Virus record (IMG/VR): IMGVR_UViG_3300042895_001344
Coordinates: 153,143-217,142 of that record
DNA length: 64,000 bases
Direction: 5' to 3' (one strand)
The stretch's first letter is position 1; each line of letters begins with the position of its first letter. Below, piece by piece: positions 55,663-62,930 of the stretch. The notes beneath the pieces are model-generated. The model was not told where the DNA came from, did not search any database, and was given only the letters and a program-made list of their open reading frames with translations. The translations under genes were made by a program, and so were the position numbers.

Positions 55663-58271
55663 TAATTTATTTTTATTTTTAATGATTTTCCATCTTTATT
55701 AACTGCGTCCGTTGAACCTATTGAAATTAAACCCAATATGTTATCCAATTTTGTGTTTGACGAAAATGAAATCTTATATGTTGTTGTCTTATCTAAACTT
55801 GTACTACCATCACTTACCAAAGAACCTAAATTAATGTAATTACCCTTGTTGGTTGCATAGTTGGTAGGTGAACCTTTTGTGGTAAATTGTATTCCTTTAA
55901 AATTTAAGACCGAATTATCGTAGTTTAATTGAAATTGAGTTCCTACCACGTTTTGTTGTAATGGGTCAAATGTGATGTAAGCATAAACACTATCACCAAT
56001 TACTTCGGTCATAATAGATGCGTTGATGTCAGTTGATATTGGTGTACTCATTGATGTTCTAACTGTCATCGTTGTGATATTATTTGATGGAGGAGTTGCC
56101 GAATGTGATAAGTTTACATCACCTTTCCAACTAACAGCCAAATCGTAGTTATAACTTATTACATTATCTAATAAACTAAAATTATAAGTTTTTCCTGCAA
56201 AATTTTGAAAAGAACTCCAAGTTGACTTACCAATTTTATTATAAATTGAATCAGGTATCAAACGTATTGTATTATCCAAAGTATAATTACTAACTAAGTT
56301 TTGTACACCCGTTAAATTTTGTAATAATTTGAAACAATCCGCTTCATTAAATAAACCATCATCATTTACATCTGCGTTTTTATATTGAATTCCGTAAGTA
56401 AACTCATTACCACTTTGATTTCCAAATATACCACCATTTGCCAATTCCTTAAATGCCAAATACACATCTGATACTGTTACGATACTATTATACAAAGTTT
56501 TTAATTGTGTACTATCATATTCTTGTAATTCCATTTTGTGTTGTTTGAACGCACCTTGTTGGGTAAGTCCAATACCACATGCAAATGCATAGTCGGTATT
56601 TGAACCATTCATATTTCTAATATATTGATTATATGCAGAAGTTCCATCGGTTACTTTTGTTAATGGAGATGGAACAGTATATTGTGCCCAACCATTATTG
56701 TCATGTGATGTATATGTAACAGGCCCATCATACGCATCTAATATTTTTACATTTGATATTTTCGTTGGGTCTATACTTCCAACTTGTCTCATATCAATTA
56801 ACAATCTACTATTACCATTTAACCAACTTGCATTTGGATTTGTATAAGACCACTCTACCCCACCCGGAGATATAGTTGCTTTGTATGATGCAGGTGCCGA
56901 TACGAATTGGTAACTTAATCCCCATCCACCATAACCCGATGTTGATACTCCATTACGAGTTGAACCAACATATTCACTTAACCCCTGTACTACTTTAATA
57001 TAAACTTCTTTTGTTTGTCCGTCTGATATTACACCAGCATGTACCGCTGCGGCTGGAATATATGAATCACTTGTATAGATATCGGTTCCCCATATTGCTC
57101 CACCTGTTGTACCTGTTATTGTTATTCTATATATCTTACCAATATCCGATTCATTAAATTGTTGCATATCGGATGTTCCTGCTGTTAATGGAATACCAGT
57201 TGTATAAATCTTTGAAGTATCTATTTGATTTGAAAGAAATACTTTACCCAAACCACTCAATGATTTATAACCATCCGCCGCTGCCCAATTTGAATATGTG
57301 TCGTTTCTTTTGAATATCTGTGCTAAGAATTTTGTTTTATCTATTGAAGTATTAAACTTAAATCCAAATAATGCTTTTATAGTTTCTCCGTTTGAATGTG
57401 TTACTGAATTGGTATAGAACTCCGTAAATGTTGCATCATCGGGATTAGACCAAGTTCCATATTCAATTACATATGGGTTACTCCAATTGTTTGATAAGTC
57501 ATTCCATTGATTACCATTCCATTTTGTTACTGCATAATCCTCACTATGATTATATCCGTTTGGTTCACCATTTGCCCAATTATTATACACACCTGGTCGG
57601 TTTCCGGCAGTTGGTCCGTTGGATGTTTTCATCACAGTCCCCTTTTCAGGACCCGCATCAATTACCCAAGTTCCATCTATAACTTCATCTGTTGCTGCAA
57701 ACCATATATTTGATTGTGGTACATTAGCTTGAATAAATAAATCTTCCGATGATGATGTTAGTGTTAATAGATAACCCGTCTGTCCTTTGAATGTTGTTGT
57801 TAACGCAATTGCTCTTGCGTTTGTATAAGTTGTACCGGTTGTTACGGGTTTGTAAAAGTGACCATTTACTCCATTGAAATAATATCCTGGTTGATTAACA
57901 GTTGCGGCCACTGAAATATTAATATCACCAATTACTGTTCCTGTGTTTATTTTTAGAGACGCTAACGCAGTATTAATACTTGCCATTGTTCCAGTTACCA
58001 CTAAACGAGTTTTATTACCACTTAAAGTAAATCCACTTGCTGCCGTTAAACCCGTTGTTGTGTTTAATACGAATGTTGTACCTGATGGTGGATTGACTAA
58101 ACTTATAGAAGCAAGTAAAGTAGATGTTGCACCAAATCCACTTAATGAAAATCCACTAGCGTCTTGTCCTGTGGTATTCACAGTAAATGATTTAGGGTCT
58201 GGAGCCGTTACTGACTGACCAAACCCTAAAAATGATATAAATAAAAATAATACTACTAATAGTTTCTTCAT
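55662..58271 (-). CDS. Exported adhesin-like protein: C-type lectin + LCCL + dockerin-like + cohesin-like domains
   Basis: Signal peptide ...LGFG|Q; GYLLTLTS.SE, WANGEPN, WNDL; IWGTDIYTSDS.I.AAAVHAG; ADVNDDG; GTQFQLNYD. Confidence 0.8.
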   Translation of the reverse strand: MKKLLVVLFLFISFLGFGQSVTAPDPKSFTVNTTGQDASGFSLSGFGATSTLLASISLVNPPSGTTFVLNTTTGLTAASGFTLSGNKTRLVVTGTMASINTALASLKINTGTVIGDINISVAATVNQPGYYFNGVNGHFYKPVTTGTTYTNARAIALTTTFKGQTGYLLTLTSSSEDLFIQANVPQSNIWFAATDEVIDGTWVIDAGPEKGTVMKTSNGPTAGNRPGVYNNWANGEPNGYNHSEDYAVTKWNGNQWNDLSNNWSNPYVIEYGTWSNPDDATFTEFYTNSVTHSNGETIKALFGFKFNTSIDKTKFLAQIFKRNDTYSNWAAADGYKSLSGLGKVFLSNQIDTSKIYTTGIPLTAGTSDMQQFNESDIGKIYRITITGTTGGAIWGTDIYTSDSYIPAAAVHAGVISDGQTKEVYIKVVQGLSEYVGSTRNGVSTSGYGGWGLSYQFVSAPASYKATISPGGVEWSYTNPNASWLNGNSRLLIDMRQVGSIDPTKISNVKILDAYDGPVTYTSHDNNGWAQYTVPSPLTKVTDGTSAYNQYIRNMNGSNTDYAFACGIGLTQQGAFKQHKMELQEYDSTQLKTLYNSIVTVSDVYLAFKELANGGIFGNQSGNEFTYGIQYKNADVNDDGLFNEADCFKLLQNLTGVQNLVSNYTLDNTIRLIPDSIYNKIGKSTWSSFQNFAGKTYNFSLLDNVISYNYDLAVSWKGDVNLSHSATPPSNNITTMTVRTSMSTPISTDINASIMTEVIGDSVYAYITFDPLQQNVVGTQFQLNYDNSVLNFKGIQFTTKGSPTNYATNKGNYINLGSLVSDGSTSLDKTTTYKISFSSNTKLDNILGLISIGSTDAVNKDGKSLKIKIN

Positions 58272-58274
58272 AAA

Positions 58275-59927
58275 TTATTCAACAATCAAATTAATCTTGT
58301 TTCCGTTTCCATCAACCGCGTCAGCTAAAACTGTATAAAATAAACCCGCCGTATTTGTTATGGTTTCTTTCGGTATAAAAGTTAATTTGTAAGGTGTCCC
58401 TATTTTAATTCTACCAGTTTTCATTTGATCCATTGAACCGAATGTTAATCTACCATCTCCATTTGTTGAGAAGTTAGTTACGTTTGGACCGGCGTCAAAT
58501 GATATATTATCAAATGTTAATTTTGAATTGTCATATTGTAAGATTACCTCTAATCCCGCTAATCCGTCTTTTGTTAATGTTCCCGTTAATACAACTTTAC
58601 CATTAACAATTGTAGAGTTTAATCCTAATGTTGCCTTTTCAATTGTTGGTGTATATGACATTGATTGAACTGAAAATGATTTGATTGATGAGGTACTTTT
58701 TTCATTAATTGAGTTTAAGTAAGTTCCTGCTGCAATTCTACTTGCGATTACATCAGGGTCAGATGAATGAGACCAATCCAAATCACCACCCCATGCGTAT
58801 ACCATATCTACCGATTGATTTGATGATGTTACTTTTGTTTTGTAAGTAGGTACACCATCTAACCAACTTTGATTTAATAAACCACTATACCATTTGAATA
58901 AACCACTATTTGTACTCAATGGAATCCATGCACTATCTTTTACATTAGCGATACCCATTACATATGCAAACATATAATATGAATCACTTTCACTAAACAC
59001 ACTTTTACTCTTTGTAATTTGACCTATATTCTTTTGTAATTGTGGTCTTGTAAAATAAGTTTTTACACCCGCGATATCCGTTTGTGAAATACCTAAAAAT
59101 GCTTTATATGCGTCTGATACTGTTATAATGTTATTCATAAAAGTTTTTCCTGTTGCACCATACATCCACACCGCCAAACTATCTCCCACTTTCACTTCTG
59201 TTGTAAATGTCGCCTCACCACTTGCATCTAATACTTTTGTTGCAATTGGTGTTACTGTAAAATCAATTGTACCATCTGTTTTTATTGGAAATAATGCAAC
59301 ACTGTGTGCGGTAATATCATATCCTGTTGGGAATAAAACTCTTAGTTTGAACTGAGACGTATTACCAACAACATTTGTTAAAGACATTGTACCTGGATCA
59401 GTTGTAATTGGTGTAATGTATGCACTTGTTGCATCAATTGAATATGATAAGTCTAATTTATGAATGTCGGTATACGCACCCAAATCTTTGATTACATATT
59501 TTTGAGTTGCAACATCTCCGTTGATAGATGCATCGGTTCTTTGAACAGTTAATTGACCAACATTCCAATCTGCGTTGGCTGCGTAACCCCATGGAGATAT
59601 TAGATATTGTGCATATAAATCTTTAGCTGTAATACTATTTGCTGCACTTGAAGTAAATTTATAAGACGACCAACCTGTGTAGAATGTTTGAACTGATGTT
59701 CCTTGTGAGAACGTCGTTGAAACATATGAAAGTGCCTTATTGTTAAATTGATATCTCAACCAAAAATAACGAGGCGTGGTTGTACCTCTCGCAACCGTGT
59801 ATTTAACTGAAACCGTATCACCAACCTTTAACCCTGTTGTAGGTGTCACAGATTGGTTGACAGTTAATTGTGCATTTGTTGCTATGGATATTACTAGTAT
59901 TCCAAGTAGCGTTAATAGTTTTTTCAT
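58275..59927 (-). CDS. Exported protein with dockerin-like and cohesin-like domains, paralog of 55662..58271
   Basis: Signal peptide ...ATNA|Q; ITVSDAY; GGDLDWSHS; GLEVILQYDNSKLTF. Confidence 0.7.
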   Translation of the reverse strand: MKKLLTLLGILVISIATNAQLTVNQSVTPTTGLKVGDTVSVKYTVARGTTTPRYFWLRYQFNNKALSYVSTTFSQGTSVQTFYTGWSSYKFTSSAANSITAKDLYAQYLISPWGYAANADWNVGQLTVQRTDASINGDVATQKYVIKDLGAYTDIHKLDLSYSIDATSAYITPITTDPGTMSLTNVVGNTSQFKLRVLFPTGYDITAHSVALFPIKTDGTIDFTVTPIATKVLDASGEATFTTEVKVGDSLAVWMYGATGKTFMNNIITVSDAYKAFLGISQTDIAGVKTYFTRPQLQKNIGQITKSKSVFSESDSYYMFAYVMGIANVKDSAWIPLSTNSGLFKWYSGLLNQSWLDGVPTYKTKVTSSNQSVDMVYAWGGDLDWSHSSDPDVIASRIAAGTYLNSINEKSTSSIKSFSVQSMSYTPTIEKATLGLNSTIVNGKVVLTGTLTKDGLAGLEVILQYDNSKLTFDNISFDAGPNVTNFSTNGDGRLTFGSMDQMKTGRIKIGTPYKLTFIPKETITNTAGLFYTVLADAVDGNGNKINLIVE

Positions 59928-59929
59928 AG

Positions 59930-60577
59930 TTATTTAACAAATAATTTAGTTATTAATTTATCCGCCGATTTTTTTAAGGCGTTACTAAGTGACGTTTGAT
60001 TAAATTGACCTCCCTCATCAACAATTAATGTTGACATTGATATTTCTGAAGATGATTCTTCGACCATTATTTCCTTTTCTTTTTTACCATCCTTATATAA
60101 AGTTCCTTTCATACGAATGACAACTTCTTCTTCATTTTTGTGAAAAACAGAAATGTTCTTTTTTGTTGTAAGAACATCTAAATAAATGATTTGAACTTTT
60201 AATTTGTATGGGGCTGAAGGTGTTAAATCATAACCCTTTTCTTGTAAGAATTCTTCCAATGTATTTTTTACACCGAAAGCTAAATTTCTATTACCTGCCA
60301 ATTTACCCATCTTAACTTCATTGGTAACACTCTCCACCCAAATATGGTCTTCAGCCACATAGAATATATTTTCAGGTGAGTTCTTGAATGTACCATCAAT
60401 CCTCCACGAAATCCAATTTGAGATGTCTCTTGTTATTTCTCTTTGGCCTGAAAATTCCAAAACCGCCATGGATATACCGAATATCATTCCAAATATTACC
60501 CATGATATCGCAAAGTATAAAAAACCTAAAAAGATTTTTTCTTTAATATTAATTGATAGTGTTCTTAATTTTTCCAT
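59930..60577 (-). CDS. Membrane-anchored CsgG-like protein (paralog of 49849..50577)
   Basis: N-terminal TM helix; LAFGVKNTLEEFL; FNQTSLSNALKK. Confidence 0.55.
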   Translation of the reverse strand: MEKLRTLSINIKEKIFLGFLYFAISWVIFGMIFGISMAVLEFSGQREITRDISNWISWRIDGTFKNSPENIFYVAEDHIWVESVTNEVKMGKLAGNRNLAFGVKNTLEEFLQEKGYDLTPSAPYKLKVQIIYLDVLTTKKNISVFHKNEEEVVIRMKGTLYKDGKKEKEIMVEESSSEISMSTLIVDEGGQFNQTSLSNALKKSADKLITKLFVK

Positions 60578-60664
60578 ACTGTTCTGAGTTTACAATTCCC
60601 TCAGAACCACATATTAATATAATACATAATATCTTGAGAGAGATACGTTTATTTTTTGTCTGTC

Positions 60665-60672
60665 TATAAATA
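60665..60672 (-). promoter_or_regulatory. TATTTATA putative late-promoter motif heading the envelope operon
   Basis: 87 nt upstream of the ATG at 60577. Confidence 0.5.
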
Positions 60673-60772
60673 CTATTGAATTAGTCTACTGATGAAACTC
60701 ATGAGTTATTTTATTGAAAATATTTTGTTTTCATAAAAAAATATCTTATATTATAATATTAAATAAATTATT

Positions 60773-61555
60773 ATGGGAAATTTTAAACATCTCACAGAAT
60801 TGGAAATTCAACAAATGACATTTGATTGGAGATACCGAGGATTTACAACATTAGAACTCTTAACAGAAGAAGAATGTGACGAAATCAATGACGAACTTGA
60901 ACGTTTACGTCAGGAGAGAAAAGGAACATTAACAGACGATGGTAAGGAGTGGGGTGAATGGGATCCATTCGCATATCCACATAAATTATCGGATAAACTT
61001 GCAAAACTATATGTTCACCCTAAATTAATTGAAGCTTGTCAGTTTCTAATGGAAGGTGAAATTGTTGGGATGCAAAGTTGGGCATACTTTAAACCACCAG
61101 GACAATTAGGTAGAGATATGCACCAAAACGCCTTTTACACGGGTTGTAAACACAATGAAATTATCAATACGGCATTAGCATTGGATAACCACGACAACAG
61201 TAATGGTTCCGTGTGGAACTACGAAGGTTCACATAGATTACAAACCTTACCAATTGAGGTTGATGAGGAAAGAACAAAAACTAATCCATCGTTTTGGAGA
61301 AATGAAAGAGGTAAACCTTGTATTATGCCTGAGGGACACGATTTCCGTAAGGTAGAAGGAATTCTAAAAAAAGGACAAGTGGTTTTATTACACTCACATT
61401 GTGTACACGGGTCGGAAGCTAACAACTCAAATAGAATGAGAAGAAACTTTTTAGGTGGATTCTTAAAAAAAGGTGCATTTTACAATCAGGGAAGTCATAT
61501 GAAACGTGAACCAATTGATGTATATGAACTTAGAGATAAACATTGGAGTGAATAG
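60773..61555 (+). CDS. PhyH-family 2OG-Fe(II) dioxygenase with a non-canonical HQN motif
   Basis: GFTTLELLT.EEC, YFKPPG, MHQN, GSHR, VHGSEAN.S.RMR. Confidence 0.85.
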   Translation: MGNFKHLTELEIQQMTFDWRYRGFTTLELLTEEECDEINDELERLRQERKGTLTDDGKEWGEWDPFAYPHKLSDKLAKLYVHPKLIEACQFLMEGEIVGMQSWAYFKPPGQLGRDMHQNAFYTGCKHNEIINTALALDNHDNSNGSVWNYEGSHRLQTLPIEVDEERTKTNPSFWRNERGKPCIMPEGHDFRKVEGILKKGQVVLLHSHCVHGSEANNSNRMRRNFLGGFLKKGAFYNQGSHMKREPIDVYELRDKHWSE

Positions 61556-61575
61556 TAGTATATTGTTATATTGAT

Positions 61576-61605
61576 AACCCTCACCTTAAAAAGTGGGGGT
61601 TTTTT
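61576..61605 (+). terminator. Intrinsic terminator
   Basis: AACCCTCAC-8 nt-GTGGGGGTT plus T-run. Confidence 0.7.
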
Positions 61606-61624
61606 GTAAAAGATTAAAAATAAT

Positions 61625-61655
61625 TTTGTATATTCGTATATATTTATTATCTTTG
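61625..61655 (+). promoter_or_regulatory. Bacteroidota-type promoter TTTG-N19-TATCTTTG driving the tRNA cluster
   Basis: Exact consensus match. Confidence 0.7.
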
Positions 61656-61693
61656 TAAAATAAGTGGTTCTTTGACATATTGAAATAAAATAA

Positions 61694-61766
61694 GCCTCGT
61701 TAGCTCAGTTGGTAGAGCAAGTCATTTGTAATGATTAGGTCTGCGGTTCAAGTCCGTAACGAGGCT
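61694..61766 (+). tRNA. trnT: tRNA-Thr(TGT)
   Basis: GCCTCGT/ACGAGGC acceptor, AGTCA-TTTGTAA-TGATT anticodon arm, GGTTCAA T-loop. Confidence 0.93.
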
Positions 61767-62036
61767 CAACAGGTGACGACGGTGGTGTGACCCCACTGTC
61801 TATGAATCTCAACTATCCGTTTGAATCTAGATGTAGAACGGTGAGAGTAGAGTTACTATAAGTTGGAGTAATTAACCATTAAGCGAAAAGTAACCTCCGA
61901 TTCATGAATCAGTCTCGGACATGATGTACATAGATGGTACGAAAAACCTGTAACTTTTTGAAACTAACTCAACGAGGACTTTGTTAACCAGTGCATGACA
62001 CGGAGGTGCAACTTAAGTTGGGTTGGAATCAAACAC

Positions 62037-62109
62037 GCTTCCTTAGCTCAGTTGGTAGAGCGCAAAACTGTTAATTTTGAAGTCGGGGGATCGTGACCCT
62101 CAGGGAGCG
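62037..62109 (+). tRNA. trnN: tRNA-Asn(GTT)
   Basis: GCTTCCT/AGGGAGC acceptor, CAAAA-CTGTTAA-TTTTG; T-loop ATCGTGA. Confidence 0.88.
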
Positions 62110-62202
62110 CAACGTGATAATCACTCCACGCAAGTGGTAAGCACCCGGCAGTAACACCGGGATGGCAATGTGGTTATTAAGAGGTAAGGAAAAGACTAAA
62201 AT

Positions 62203-62277
62203 GGGAATGTAGCTCAGTTGGTTAGTAGCAGTGCTCTCATAAAGCAAAGGTCTTTGGTTCAAATCCAAACTTTCCCA
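62203..62277 (+). tRNA. tRNA with CAT anticodon (elongator Met or Ile2; not initiator-like)
   Basis: GGGAATG/CTTTCCC acceptor with one mismatch, loop CTCATAA, GGTTCAAATCC. Confidence 0.8.
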
Positions 62278-62471
62278 CACGATTCGGTTAGTCACCGAAT
62301 AGTATGTCCAATATGATGAGAAATGGTTTGACAACCATATGGAAACGTACATTGACGTATAGGAAGAACGTCAGGGGACATCACCCCGACCTCGTGAGGA
62401 CGAAATGATTATTCCTAACCCGAAAGGGGACAGCTAAGACACCTGTGAGTTGGATAAATAAAGGTGTCAAC

Positions 62472-62557
62472 GGAGAGATGGCAGAGTTGGTCTATCGCGA
62501 CAGTCTTGAAAACTGTAGACTGTAACAGGTCCGTGGGTTCGAATCCTACTCTCTCCG
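62472..62557 (+). tRNA. trnS: tRNA-Ser(TGA)
   Basis: GGAGAGA/TCTCTCC, ACAGT-CTTGAAA-ACTGT, long variable arm, GGTTCGAATCC. Confidence 0.95.
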
Positions 62558-62820
62558 CTGTAGAGTTTGCCCGTGGTAACGGTCTAATGGGGAAACCTTG
62601 TAGACTTCTCGCGTCAAAACCCAAAACACTGATCTACTGGTGCTTGGGCTAAATGTAGAAAAAAAACGGGATCTTTTTTAATCACAAATAAAAATGTGAG
62701 CTATAATAAAGTAGCCAATTATAAGCCAACATAAAGCTGTTGGATACAGACGGAGTAATTAACCAGAGTATAGTGCAACAATTGTGATATTATAACAAAT
62801 ACCCATTTGAGTGATTATTT

Positions 62821-62892
62821 GTTCTTGTCGACTAAGGGTTAGGTCACCTCCCTTTCACGGAGGTAATACGGGTTCGAATCCCGTCGAGAATA
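62821..62892 (+). tRNA. trnE: tRNA-Glu(TTC)
   Basis: GTTCTTG/CGAGAAT, CCTCC-CTTTCAC-GGAGG, GGTTCGAATCC. Confidence 0.92.
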
Positions 62893-62930
62893 CATTTTGT
62901 TTATTGGAATATTTTTTGTATATTATCATC

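Noticed and set aside
46228-60577. Envelope module as a tail or baseplate gene cluster
   Set aside because: Signal peptides, lipoboxes and barrel termini point to the host envelope; only the 78-aa collar domain is tail-like
61770-62036. tmRNA or RNase P RNA
   Set aside because: No tRNA-Ala-like ends, tag reading frame or P4 consensus recognised
62110-62180. HDV-like theta ribozyme after tRNA-Asn
   Set aside because: I could not build P1/P1.1 of the double pseudoknot; a simple three-way junction fits better
62380-62410. Hammerhead ribozyme (GTGAGGACGAAA resembles a stem II/GAAA core)
   Set aside because: The required CTGANGA is not adjacent upstream, and stems I and III cannot be formed
62071-62930. 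ORFs 62071..62352, 62415..62624, 62464..62652 and the 5-prime part of 62811..63281
   Set aside because: They overlap well-formed tRNA genes
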